A stretch of DNA of 64,000 nt from a candidate division WOR-3 bacterium (GCA_039804105.1 JBDRZU010000001.1:834602-898601), one strand, 5' to 3'. Numbered from the stretch's first letter, positions 50,801 through 59,997 are shown. Notes: generated by a model from the letters alone, not told the origin. Numbers and translations: made by a program.

Positions 50801-51672
50801 TTGACGAAATCATCGATAGAATAATAGAACTTGAAAACAAAAATTTTGAAATACAACTATTTCTTGTTGATCTATATTTTGAAAAGGATGATTTTGAAAA
50901 CGCATCAAACTGGTTGAATTTCCTTTATCTTACATCAGAATCAGATGATTATGATCGAATAATAGAGAAAGCAAATCTTATACTCAGTAAAGATCCAAAA
51001 AATCAAAAAATGATATCTCTTCTTTCCCATCTGTATTATGACCAGAACAAATTTGACAAACTTATTGAATTAACGATGGAAATTTATGAAAAAACCACCA
51101 AAAATGAAGAAAAGATTAGATATGGAATTTTACTTGCCCAGGCATTCAGATTTTTGGGAAATCAAGAAAAAAAGAATGAAATAATCTCCTTTTTAAAAAA
51201 TTTGAACATCGATCTTTATTATGAAATAATTTTTCAAATGTACGAAGAGGAAAAAAGTAAAAAAGGATCAAAAATTGAAAAATTGTTCCAAAAGGAAAAA
51301 ATTGAAGATGAGAGATTGATAATTGAATACGCTTTCAATTTATACAAACAACAAAGATATTATGAATCTATAAATCTGCTTAACAGAAAATTTACAGACA
51401 AAAATCTGGATTATGAAAGAACTTATATACTTTCATTGAATTATGAAAAAATTGGTAACAGTACATACGCTTTAGAAATAGGATCAAAACTTAGAGATTC
51501 TTCAGAAACAAAACATTTAAACCATTTAATAAATTTGATGAAAAAACTTGGATACTACGGTGAAATAGAAGGTATGCTCAGAAACAAAAAAACAGACATT
51601 GGATTCTCTTCAGAGTTAACCAAAACAAAATATTATAAAAACCTTTTCTCAGATTATAGGATTATAATTTAA
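47884..51672 (+). CDS. Very large TPR-repeat protein
   Basis: The 1262-aa product shows recurrent 34-residue A/Y/L patterns, for example AIGDLYILVNDKDKAINYFQKASSIDP and LAQVYKDMHNYMQAITLLRQIELINP. There is no signal peptide or lipobox. Confidence 0.7.
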   Translation: MLDLFSSGDPTKIIERSSKLRIEGKHDKAEQLLKKSIKNSKSDFIILLELAKTQFEMGKISESVNTLRSSYYLSPEEINKIINVGEDLHYRATSQKDQTASVLIEMYIKKRDFESFRKIFDTLSGEEIKNLISYFEKLYLNVKNTKTIDQFNKKDIEICLSMGILYLYNKNFKEAKPILEMIFRTQVKDRDYILSEYINVAKTTYGNPEPYIAIGDLYILVNDKDKAINYFQKASSIDPKLKTDISNKIEEHITDTKEISETSKYSIVDLAIEKKDYKKALDIIYEMIKDKNEATEEIVRRTYQIIQAAPEFVEAYKLLVEIFLLKKEISKIFTNLEKIYELKKEEKDFILNTINRIENENLSNEEILLLKATIFSDNNEFNESAKIIKKVYFKNNSYSFDVEKLANKILDKDPKNIDALETICQIFLDKNEVEKLKKICEYLTSINTEEHISIAKKYLQIIYDKNPSDVDIKLNFSIALIKLGKIKESEVIITETLKSNPETFYIIIPQFYNSAKNDKDVATIVLKILKSIERKNLDPFLYDFSLCEMSYLASDLEFSLGMLKEMFEKFPEKEDDLLELLGRIKDFYPENELVADFEFKLFTDKKDYRKAYESLIKLRKDKTKLGHILDNLYILNKNHPENVSIVESIMDILDEMGFYEKIIKEADNLSSKLDQQKIGKIKFFLGKAYANKGMVNDAATVLYQAIILDKTLTENTLTILKDLLKYDPFSLRVHYTLSLAYYLNKNIDSAIDELLEIVKIDPNQINIAISELEKWNENIINNPKLNFSLGTLYFETTQYEKGISKMYETFEIDSSYLDSILNLMSNYIEKESENGEILYATGVFYAKKGLYKLASDYLYNAMSIETGLKEKVISQLLFIINQQPDEVDPRFSLAQVYKDMHNYMQAITLLRQIELINPSETENVISFYKEMLVNEPNNTFLLISLADSYLKLNRTTDAVELYSKIIKINKKYIDEIIDRIIELENKNFEIQLFLVDLYFEKDDFENASNWLNFLYLTSESDDYDRIIEKANLILSKDPKNQKMISLLSHLYYDQNKFDKLIELTMEIYEKTTKNEEKIRYGILLAQAFRFLGNQEKKNEIISFLKNLNIDLYYEIIFQMYEEEKSKKGSKIEKLFQKEKIEDERLIIEYAFNLYKQQRYYESINLLNRKFTDKNLDYERTYILSLNYEKIGNSTYALEIGSKLRDSSETKHLNHLINLMKKLGYYGEIEGMLRNKKTDIGFSSELTKTKYYKNLFSDYRIII

Positions 51673-51685
51673 AAAAGGAGTATAT

Positions 51686-52720
51686 ATGGAAGATAATCTT
51701 CAGAACCAAAATCCCATAGAAGAACAAACTCCAAAAGAAGAAAAAAGGGAGATCCCTAAAGAGGAAGTAAATTATTCAAAACAAAGTGAAATTGAAAATA
51801 AGAAATGTGATGAACAAAGATCTTTGAATCTTGAAAAAATAGAAGAAGATTTAAAGGAATTTTTAAAACAGATAAAAGATTCTAACGACTCGATAACAAA
51901 CAATTTTAAAGAAACACTGCTGAGATTCGAAGCAATCAATGAAACGATATCTGTTCTCCCGGAGATGAAAGAAATTATAAAAAACAATTCTGATAGCTCT
52001 AAAGAGCAGATCATGGTTCTGGAATCAAAACTTGAAAATATTTCCAACAACCTTGATAACATTACCAAGTTGATCTCTGAAGAAAGGGAAAACATTAAAC
52101 TTCTCATAGAAAATTTCAACGAAAAAAATCAGAATATGCTTGTTAAAATGGATTCTTTAATTTCAAATCTGGGGAAAATTTCAGAAACTATAATGAAAGT
52201 TGTTGATTATGAAGAAAATCTTTCAAAGAAAAGGGAAACCGAATTTGCAATGATGCAAGCTAAAATCTATAATGAAAGAGGTCTACTTTTGTTCTATAGA
52301 GGAATCTTCAGTACAGCATTGAATTATTTTCTCAAAGCAAACGAACTCGATCCAACATCACCAGAAATTTACAACAATATAGCTCAAACCTATCTAAAAC
52401 TGGGCAACCAGCAGAAAGCAGAAGAAAATTTTAAAAAAGCTATTGAAATTTTCCCTGACTTTGCCGAAGTTTATAACAATCTTGGTTTAATGTATCTATC
52501 GAATAACCAGTTTGAACTCGCATCGGAAAATTTCAAAAAAGCTATCGATCTGAATCCAGATTTTTCTGAAGCATATTTGATGCTTGGGAATGCATTTCAT
52601 TCATTGAAAAAATATGACGATGCTGTAAAAAATTGGTCTAAAGCGTTAGAAATAAATCCATATCTAGAAGAAGCAAAAGAAAAACTAAAAATTATAAAAG
52701 AAGGAGAAATAAATGTCTGA
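51686..52720 (+). CDS. Coiled-coil plus TPR-repeat protein
   Basis: The N-terminal E/K/N-rich region looks coiled-coil. The C-terminus has canonical TPRs (PEIYNNIAQTYLKLGNQQKAEENFKKAIEIFPDFAEVYNNLGLMY...AIDLNPDFSEAYLMLGNAF...ALEINP). Confidence 0.7.
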   Translation: MEDNLQNQNPIEEQTPKEEKREIPKEEVNYSKQSEIENKKCDEQRSLNLEKIEEDLKEFLKQIKDSNDSITNNFKETLLRFEAINETISVLPEMKEIIKNNSDSSKEQIMVLESKLENISNNLDNITKLISEERENIKLLIENFNEKNQNMLVKMDSLISNLGKISETIMKVVDYEENLSKKRETEFAMMQAKIYNERGLLLFYRGIFSTALNYFLKANELDPTSPEIYNNIAQTYLKLGNQQKAEENFKKAIEIFPDFAEVYNNLGLMYLSNNQFELASENFKKAIDLNPDFSEAYLMLGNAFHSLKKYDDAVKNWSKALEINPYLEEAKEKLKIIKEGEINV

Positions 52721-53174
52721 AGATTTTTTAAAAAGAATATCAACAAACAAAGAGAATGAAAAAGATAATCCATTTGCGAAACTTTTTCAGGAGAAAAAGG
52801 AAAAAGTTATACCAAAAGTTGAAGAAAAAAAAGAAGAAGGAATTTCAGGAATAGAAAACCTGGGAACATCTTCGACTTCAAAAAATGAGGGTGAAATGTT
52901 TTCGAATGTAGAAAATGTTGAAAAAGAAAATACAAAATTACCATCAAAGGACATTTCCAACGAGAATATTTTTGAAAAAAAGGAAGAGAAGGTTGAAGAT
53001 GGTTCTTCCTTTTTATTCAATACTACCTCTTCAACACAGGATTTAACTTTTGATGATTTAACAGTCGAAAGCACAAATACCGATCAAAAGAAAATTGAAC
53101 ATGTTGTTGAACTTTTAAAAAAAGGTATGATAGATGAATCTATTGAGTTTATAAAACAGAACTTCAAAAAGTAG
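52713..53174 (+). CDS. Hypothetical acidic low-complexity protein
   Basis: The 153-aa product is E/K/S/N-rich. It overlaps the upstream stop and ends 5 nt before pyrR. No motif was recognised. Confidence 0.35.
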   Translation: MSEDFLKRISTNKENEKDNPFAKLFQEKKEKVIPKVEEKKEEGISGIENLGTSSTSKNEGEMFSNVENVEKENTKLPSKDISNENIFEKKEEKVEDGSSFLFNTTSSTQDLTFDDLTVESTNTDQKKIEHVVELLKKGMIDESIEFIKQNFKK

Positions 53175-53179
53175 GTAAT

Positions 53180-53716
53180 ATGTCAAAAAAATCTTTAATT
53201 TTGAACGAAAACGATATTTCAAAAATTATAGATATGATGGCTGATCAGATACTAAAAAAGGAAAAAAATTTAGAAAATGTTGCATTCATAGGCATAATCA
53301 AAAGAGGAGATATTATAGCAAAAAGAGTGGCTGAAAAAATCTTTAAAAAAAAGAATTTTAATATACAGATAGGGAAAATCGACATAAATCTCTATCGGGA
53401 TGATCTTTCTTTAATCGATCATCAACCATTGGTAAGATCAACAGAGATTCTTTTCGATATAAATGATAAAATTATATATCTTTTCGATGATGTTTTTTTT
53501 ACGGGAAGAACCATCAGGAGTGCACTTGTTGAAATTCTTGATATAGGAAGACCAAGAATGATAAAACTTTTTGTTCTTATCGATAGAAAATCGCGTGAAC
53601 TTCCAATAAGACCTGATTTCTCAGGTATAGAGATAGAGATCCCTAAAAAAGATAACATAAGTGTTTTTTTAAAAGAAATCGATGGAAAAGATTGTGTTGA
53701 AAAGGAGGAATTTTGA
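53180..53716 (+). CDS. pyrR: PyrR: pyr-operon regulatory protein / uracil phosphoribosyltransferase
   Basis: The PRPP-binding loop is IIYLFDDVFFTGRTIRSAL. The length is 178 aa and it lies immediately upstream of pyrB. Confidence 0.85.
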   Translation: MSKKSLILNENDISKIIDMMADQILKKEKNLENVAFIGIIKRGDIIAKRVAEKIFKKKNFNIQIGKIDINLYRDDLSLIDHQPLVRSTEILFDINDKIIYLFDDVFFTGRTIRSALVEILDIGRPRMIKLFVLIDRKSRELPIRPDFSGIEIEIPKKDNISVFLKEIDGKDCVEKEEF

Positions 53717-54639
53717 ACTGGACAAAGAAACATCTATTATCTATCGAAGAATTATCAAAAGAAGAGATAGATTTTATAATTGAAAATGGCTTTTCCTTTA
53801 AAGATATACTTTTAAGACCAATAAAAAAGGTTCCAGCATTGAGAGGAAAAACGGTAGTGAATCTTTTTTTTGAGCCAAGTACAAGAACTTTAGTCTCATT
53901 TTCACTTGCTGAAAAACATCTTTCAGCAGATTCTGTAAATGTATCAACAAAAACTTCATCGGTCATGAAAGGTGAATCTCTCCTTGATACTGCAAAGAAT
54001 ATAGAATCGATGAAAACGGATATGGTTGTTATAAGACATAGCTCTCCAGGAGCAGCTAAATTTTTATCAGAAAGAATCAATTCAAATGTTATCAATGCTG
54101 GAGATGGAACACATGAGCATCCAACCCAGGCATTACTCGATTTTATGACGATTAAAGAAATCTACAAAGATTTTAAAAATTTAAAAGTTTTGATACTTGG
54201 AGATATTCTACATTCGAGAGTTGCGAGATCACTTCTTTGGGGCTTTTCAAAGTATGGATCAAAGGTAACACTCTGTGCTCCCCCAACACTTATGCCTTTA
54301 TATTTAAATGATTTCGATGTCACTATAGAGTATGATATCGATAGAGCTATTCAGGATAAAGATGTTATTTACATTTTGAGAATGCAACTTGAAAGACAGG
54401 AGAAAGGTCTATTTCCCTCTTTAAGAGAGTACGTTAAAGAATACTCTATGACCTATGAAAGATATTTAAAAATAAAAGACAGAAGCATAATAATGCACCC
54501 TGGACCTATCAACAGAGGCGTTGAACTTGATGGAAATGTTGCTGATAGCGAGAAATCTGTTATCCTTGATCAGGTCACAAATGGAGTTGCAATAAGGATG
54601 GCGATACTATATCTACTCAATGGAGGAAAGAATGAATAA
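53713..54639 (+). CDS. pyrB: Aspartate carbamoyltransferase catalytic subunit
   Basis: It has FFEPSTRT, HEHPTQALLD and MHPGPINRGVE. Confidence 0.9.
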   Translation: MNWTKKHLLSIEELSKEEIDFIIENGFSFKDILLRPIKKVPALRGKTVVNLFFEPSTRTLVSFSLAEKHLSADSVNVSTKTSSVMKGESLLDTAKNIESMKTDMVVIRHSSPGAAKFLSERINSNVINAGDGTHEHPTQALLDFMTIKEIYKDFKNLKVLILGDILHSRVARSLLWGFSKYGSKVTLCAPPTLMPLYLNDFDVTIEYDIDRAIQDKDVIYILRMQLERQEKGLFPSLREYVKEYSMTYERYLKIKDRSIIMHPGPINRGVELDGNVADSEKSVILDQVTNGVAIRMAILYLLNGGKNE

Positions 54640-55903
54640 TCTTGTTTTAAAAAATTGTAATATAGTCAATTACGATAAAATAGAAAAAAATAAAACTGTT
54701 GTGATAAAAAATGGAATTATAACTTCTATTGAAAACGGAAGTAAACAGGAAGGTATAGATTTAAAAGGTAAATATCTTTTTCCATCTTTCGTAGATCTCC
54801 ACTCACATTTAAGAGAACCAGGAGAAGAATTTAAAGAAGACATATTTACAGGTTGCGAATCAGCTTTAAGTGGTGGTTACACATCTATAGTCATTATGCC
54901 AAATACAAAACCTCCAATAGATAATCCCCAATCGGTTACCTATATTAAAAAAAGAGAACAGGAGTTTGGAAGAATAGAAATTTATCCGCTTGGGGCTCTA
55001 ACAAAAAATATGGAATCAATAGAAATAACTGAAATGTATGATATGCTAAAATCTGGTGCTAAAGGTTTTTCCGATGATGGAACAGGAACCAAAAATTCAA
55101 GAGTGTTTTTTAACGCATTAAGATACATTTCAAGATTTGATACTTTTGTTTCTGTACACTGTGAAGATAAGAATCTTACAGAAGGTGGACAGATAAATGA
55201 ATCCGATGTATCAATTAAAACAGGTCTTTCAGGAATCCCTTATATAGAAGAGGATATAACTGTTTATAGAAACCTAAAAATTGCAACATATTTAAAAACT
55301 GGGCTTCATATAGCACATATATCAACAAAGGATACATTATCTTTGATCAAAGATTTTAAAAAGAAAAATAAAAAAATAACTTGTGAGGTTACTCCACATC
55401 ATTTGATTTTTGATGAAAGTGTTCATTTCATGTATGATACAAACTTCAAAGTAAAACCACCCTTAAAATCAAAAACTGATGTTGAATATTTGCTAAAAGG
55501 AATAAACGAGGAGTACATAGATGTAATAGCAACAGATCATGCTCCCCATCAGGTATATGAAAAAGAGGTTGAATTCATCTATGCACCTTTTGGAATAATC
55601 GGATTTGAAACAGCATTTCCATCTCTATATACATATCTTGTTTTAAAAAATAAAACTGATTTAAAAACAATTGTAAAACTTTTGGCGTATAATCCAGCAA
55701 AAATTCTAAATATCGATGAAAGGTATATCAAAATAGGTAATGTAGCTAACCTTACGGTTATTGATTTGGATAAAGAGATTACAGTTGACAGAAACTTCAT
55801 TAAGTCAAAATCTATAAATACTCCATTTTTCAATAAAAAATTGTATGGTAGTATTGAGATGACTATAATGAGAGGTAGAATAGTATTCCGGAGAAAAGAG
55901 TAA
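54620..55903 (+). CDS. pyrC: Dihydroorotase
   Basis: It has DLHSHLREPG, ATDHAPH and the other amidohydrolase metal ligands. Confidence 0.85.
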   Translation: MEERMNNLVLKNCNIVNYDKIEKNKTVVIKNGIITSIENGSKQEGIDLKGKYLFPSFVDLHSHLREPGEEFKEDIFTGCESALSGGYTSIVIMPNTKPPIDNPQSVTYIKKREQEFGRIEIYPLGALTKNMESIEITEMYDMLKSGAKGFSDDGTGTKNSRVFFNALRYISRFDTFVSVHCEDKNLTEGGQINESDVSIKTGLSGIPYIEEDITVYRNLKIATYLKTGLHIAHISTKDTLSLIKDFKKKNKKITCEVTPHHLIFDESVHFMYDTNFKVKPPLKSKTDVEYLLKGINEEYIDVIATDHAPHQVYEKEVEFIYAPFGIIGFETAFPSLYTYLVLKNKTDLKTIVKLLAYNPAKILNIDERYIKIGNVANLTVIDLDKEITVDRNFIKSKSINTPFFNKKLYGSIEMTIMRGRIVFRRKE

Positions 55904-58461
55904 TGGGTTTAAAAGTAGAATATAAAGATCTATTTTTAATCACTTTAAACCAATCAAAATTTGTATCAAATATTGATGAAATTTTAAGTCAGAAACAAAA
56001 ATATCAAGAAAACATTCAAAGGCTTTTAATCCTCCTAAAAAATCGAAATGTTAATCTTTCACAGATACAAATTTTTATAGATAACTCATCGAATGGAAAA
56101 ATTTTTTTATTTATTCCTTTTGACCAGTTTGAAATGTTACAGTCACTTTTAAAACTATACATATTAAACTCCATAGATAAAAATGAGGTTTCTTTGCAAA
56201 TAAAGAAATTTTACAAAAATGTTATCGAAATAAACCAGAATTTTTCTCTTTTGTTTGAACTTGTTGTACTAAAAATTTTTTTCAGTGTATTTTATACCCA
56301 CAAAGAAAATTTAGATCACAATGAAACTCTTTTTGAAGAAAAACTTAATGGAATAAGAGAGATTTTAAAAGATGTAAGAAATGAACTTTATTCCACAAAC
56401 ATTTTCAACAGAGAGTTTCAAACAAAGATATTCGATAACTTAAAGTTCACAAAAAACTCTATAATTAACAAAGATCTTGAAATCGAAAGGGAAAGTTTTT
56501 TTAACGAGTATGGATTCTCTTTGAACACTTTTATCAACCTTCTAAAAATGTTCAATACAGCAGCAAGTCTTGAAAAAGAATTGGAAATAATTGAATACTA
56601 TGAAAACAGGACTATCTGGTCAATAGATGATATAATAAAGCCAGACAATATCATCTATTTACCTTTTTTAAGAGACGAGTTAAAAGATATAATAACAAAA
56701 TCAATAGTTAAAAAATCCAAACAAACAAAAGAATTTTTACTAAAAGAAAAGGACGATCTTGAAAAACAACTCGAACAGATAAAAAATGATATGGTTGATG
56801 CTCTAGAAAATTTTTCTTCGAACATAAAAAAGGAAACCATTGACTCCATTAAATATCCTGTAAACCCAACTGTTACAAACAAGATTAACAGTTTTATAAT
56901 TGACTTCAACAGAAGTGTAATGGGAAATATTTTACAAGCGAATAAACTGACAGAAAGATGGAACAATTTTCAAAAAAAGATGATAAAAAATGAAAACCTC
57001 AGAAACCTAACATTTGACCAATATGTTGAGATATTAAAAAATGAAAGTACACTCGATAAAAATGATATTATTCTCTCAATTTTAATATATTTTGATTACT
57101 CAAAAGATTTTGAAAACTTTTTTGAAAAATTTAAGCCACAGATTATAAAAGTCGTTAAAAATTCTTTTGAAGAATTAAAAAAAGAATATAATGAAAAAAA
57201 GAACAGCATTATTCAAAGAGAGATAAATTTTATTTCCGATCTATTCATTGAATCGAAATTTCAAAAAAAATTCAATTTTGAACTTTTAAAAACAAAATTT
57301 TTGCAAATCGTTGAAAATTTGATTGACAAATTTATTGTTTCAATTCTCTTCGATTCGTTTACAATTTTCAACATAGAATTTACAAACCAAGAGAATAAAC
57401 AAGAACTTCTAAACTTTAATCTTTCTGTAAACCTTTTACCTTTCAACAGGGTTATTTTCATTTCAAATACAGAAAAAAGTTTCCCTCAAAGGTTTTTAGA
57501 TATGGATGTTGAACAGTTAAAAAACATTATTAAAAAGAATTACTCAAAACTGGTAAGTGTCCTTGTTTATGATATCAGAGGATCAAGTTATATGAGTTCA
57601 AAATTGAACAATGCTGAAAAACAAAAGTTTATTATGAAGAAATTTCAACACGTAATAAATAATACCATAAAGAACAATTTTGGATTACCTTTAAAAGAAA
57701 CCGGTGATGGAGGTATTGCGATATTTTGTTCAAATTCAAAAGAAATTTATAGAACTCTTTTTAAAGAATCGGTTTCATCAAAAAATGTTCTAATAAGACA
57801 TTCGATAGCAACGGGTTCAGATCTTATAATCAAAGAATCCTCAACTTCATCAATAGAATCATTAAAATGTTCACTCAAACTTGTAGAAAATGCTGAACAG
57901 TTCATCAAAGATAATTACATAAACTATAGAGAGTGGTTCTTCGATGTTCACGAAAAAAAGTTGATCCATGAAGGTATAGAGTATGCACTTCTTCCTCCCG
58001 AGTTTAAATCTTTGTTCAGAGTGGGCGTTGGAATAGCAAGTGGTATAGTTAACAGAGATGTTAACATTTCAATAAATGCTTTTGGAGATATCGATATATA
58101 TGGTGTAACAATAAATGAAGCAAAAATACTTTCCGGAGGTAAAGATCCATCGTCTTCAATAATTCTGATAGATCATTTTACACTATTTTCAACAATACTC
58201 AATTCCAATTATATAGAAACAAAAATTCAGGAAAATTTTTCGCAAAATGAAAATTATTTGAAAAATCTTTTTGATTTTAGAAAAAGTTTTTTGGTTGAAA
58301 ATTTTAAAATTAAATATTATGGTATATACTATCCTTTAAAGAAAAATAAAGATCAGGTTATAGAAACAAACGTTGACCTGAATGACATTTTTATTGAAGA
58401 TAATGGCAAAATATTTTACAACGATGAAGAGATAAAAATATTATATCAAATAGAAATATAA
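55903..58461 (+). CDS. Large uncharacterised protein with a C-terminal divergent class III nucleotidyl-cyclase-like domain
   Basis: Residues ~550-745 read VSVLVYDIRGSS / LKETGDGGIAIF / FRVGVGIASGIVNRD / FGDIDIYGVTINEAKILS, which aligns by eye with the cyclase homology domain signature blocks. I do not recognise the ~540-aa N-terminal region. The ATG shares a base with the pyrC stop. Confidence 0.5.
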   Translation: MGLKVEYKDLFLITLNQSKFVSNIDEILSQKQKYQENIQRLLILLKNRNVNLSQIQIFIDNSSNGKIFLFIPFDQFEMLQSLLKLYILNSIDKNEVSLQIKKFYKNVIEINQNFSLLFELVVLKIFFSVFYTHKENLDHNETLFEEKLNGIREILKDVRNELYSTNIFNREFQTKIFDNLKFTKNSIINKDLEIERESFFNEYGFSLNTFINLLKMFNTAASLEKELEIIEYYENRTIWSIDDIIKPDNIIYLPFLRDELKDIITKSIVKKSKQTKEFLLKEKDDLEKQLEQIKNDMVDALENFSSNIKKETIDSIKYPVNPTVTNKINSFIIDFNRSVMGNILQANKLTERWNNFQKKMIKNENLRNLTFDQYVEILKNESTLDKNDIILSILIYFDYSKDFENFFEKFKPQIIKVVKNSFEELKKEYNEKKNSIIQREINFISDLFIESKFQKKFNFELLKTKFLQIVENLIDKFIVSILFDSFTIFNIEFTNQENKQELLNFNLSVNLLPFNRVIFISNTEKSFPQRFLDMDVEQLKNIIKKNYSKLVSVLVYDIRGSSYMSSKLNNAEKQKFIMKKFQHVINNTIKNNFGLPLKETGDGGIAIFCSNSKEIYRTLFKESVSSKNVLIRHSIATGSDLIIKESSTSSIESLKCSLKLVENAEQFIKDNYINYREWFFDVHEKKLIHEGIEYALLPPEFKSLFRVGVGIASGIVNRDVNISINAFGDIDIYGVTINEAKILSGGKDPSSSIILIDHFTLFSTILNSNYIETKIQENFSQNENYLKNLFDFRKSFLVENFKIKYYGIYYPLKKNKDQVIETNVDLNDIFIEDNGKIFYNDEEIKILYQIEI

Positions 58462-58677
58462 CTATTTTTCTTTCTTATCGTTTTTTCCAAATTTTTTCAT
58501 ATATTTATCAACCCTTCCCGCTGTATCAACAAATTTTTGCTTTCCAGTAAAGAATGGGTGACATTTTGAACATATTTCGACCTTTATCAATTTCTTTGTT
58601 GCTCTTGTCTTTATCTGATTTCCACAAGCGCATTGTATCGTTGCATCAACATATTCTGGATGTATCCCTTTTTTCAT
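58462..58677 (-). CDS. rpmE: 50S ribosomal protein L31 (zinc-binding type A)
   Basis: It starts MKKGIHPEY and has the CxC...CxxC pattern (CACGN...[10 protein letters not shown]). Confidence 0.9.
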   Translation of the reverse strand: MKKGIHPEYVDATIQCACGNQIKTRATKKLIKVEICSKCHPFFTGKQKFVDTAGRVDKYMKKFGKNDKKEK

Positions 58678-58685
58678 TGTTCCTC

Positions 58686-59933
58686 CTATTCGGTCATCAC
58701 TTTCAAAAATTCCTGATTGTTTTTAGTTGCTGACATTCTGTTTATTAAAAATTCCATTGCTTCAACCTGATTCATTTCACTTAAAAGTTTCCTTAAAACC
58801 CAAACCCTTGAAAGTTCAAATTCTGTCAGAAGAAGGTTTTCCTTTCTCGTTCCTGACTTGTTTACATCTATAGCAGGGAAAATTCTTCTATCTGCAAGTT
58901 TCCTATCAAGCACAAGTTCCATATTCCCTGTACCTTTAAACTCTTCAAAAATTACCTCATCCATTCTTGATCCTGTCTCTATTAACGCTGTTGCTATTAT
59001 AGTTAAACTTCCTCCATTTTCAATATTTCTGGCAGCACCAAAAAATCTTTTAGGTTTATGTAAAGCATTCGAATCAACTCCACCTGACAATGTTCTTCCA
59101 CTATGTGGAGTTACTACGTTGTATGCTCGTGCAAGTCTTGTTATAGAATCAAGTAGAATAACAACATCGTATTTCTGTTCAACTAACCTTTTAGCTCTTT
59201 CGATCACTATCTGTGCAACTTGAACATGTCTATCTGCTGGTTCATCGAATGTAGAAGAGATAACTTCACCCTTTACAGACCTTTCCATATCAGTAACCTC
59301 TTCAGGTCTTTCATCGATAAGTAAAACTATAAGTTTTATTTCAGGATGGTTTTCAGATATTGCGTTGGCTATTTTTTGTAAGATTATTGTCTTTCCAGCT
59401 CTTGGTGGTGATACTATCAAAGATCTTTGTCCTTTTCCAATCGGTGTCAATAAGTTGATTATTCTCAAAGAAAGATCGTTGCTCTTTGTTTCAAGATTTA
59501 TTTTTTCATCTGGATAAAGTGGTGTTAAATTATCAAATAGTATTCTTTTTCTTGATTCTTCATAGGGAACATAATTTATTGTTTCAATTTTTAAAAGAGC
59601 AAAATATTTTTCGTTATCTTTTGGAGGTCTTATCTGTCCATAGATTGTGTCCCCTGTTTCAAGTCCAAATTTTTTTATCTGGGATGGTGAAACATAAATA
59701 TCCATCGGACCGGGAGTATATGAATACTCGGGTTGTCTTAAAAAACCAAACCCCTCAGAGGATATTTCAAGGACCCCTTCTCCATAGATGTTGCCATTGA
59801 GTTCTGATTGTTTTTCAAGTATTTTGAAAATGAGTTCCTGTTTTTTTAGAGTACTTACATTTTCAATTTCAAAACTTTTGGCAAGGTCTATCAATTCGTT
59901 AAAAGTTTTATTTTTTAAATCATCAATTTTCAT
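58686..59933 (-). CDS. rho: Transcription termination factor Rho
   Basis: It has the N-terminal Rho_N region ([12 protein letters not shown]), a CSD-like RNA-binding domain, Walker A (PPRAGKT) and the C-terminal [14 protein letters not shown]. Confidence 0.95.
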   Translation of the reverse strand: MKIDDLKNKTFNELIDLAKSFEIENVSTLKKQELIFKILEKQSELNGNIYGEGVLEISSEGFGFLRQPEYSYTPGPMDIYVSPSQIKKFGLETGDTIYGQIRPPKDNEKYFALLKIETINYVPYEESRKRILFDNLTPLYPDEKINLETKSNDLSLRIINLLTPIGKGQRSLIVSPPRAGKTIILQKIANAISENHPEIKLIVLLIDERPEEVTDMERSVKGEVISSTFDEPADRHVQVAQIVIERAKRLVEQKYDVVILLDSITRLARAYNVVTPHSGRTLSGGVDSNALHKPKRFFGAARNIENGGSLTIIATALIETGSRMDEVIFEEFKGTGNMELVLDRKLADRRIFPAIDVNKSGTRKENLLLTEFELSRVWVLRKLLSEMNQVEAMEFLINRMSATKNNQEFLKVMTE

Positions 59934-59997
59934 AAACTCTTCTTTTTAGGGATTAAATGAACACTTATTATAAATCTTTTTTTAAGAAAGTCAAGGT

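Noticed and set aside
47884-51672. The 1262-aa TPR protein as PorW/SprE (the T9SS TPR lipoprotein)
   Set aside because: It has no signal peptide or lipobox cysteine at the N-terminus (MLDLFSSGDPTKIIERSS...). The TPR content alone is not diagnostic.
53041-53179. Searched for a PyrR-binding leader or attenuator (CCAGAGAGG loop plus terminator) just upstream of pyrR
   Set aside because: None was seen by eye. The region is coding (the acidic ORF) and lacks GC-rich stems. I report it as an absence, not a feature, and a covariance-model scan is needed to be sure.
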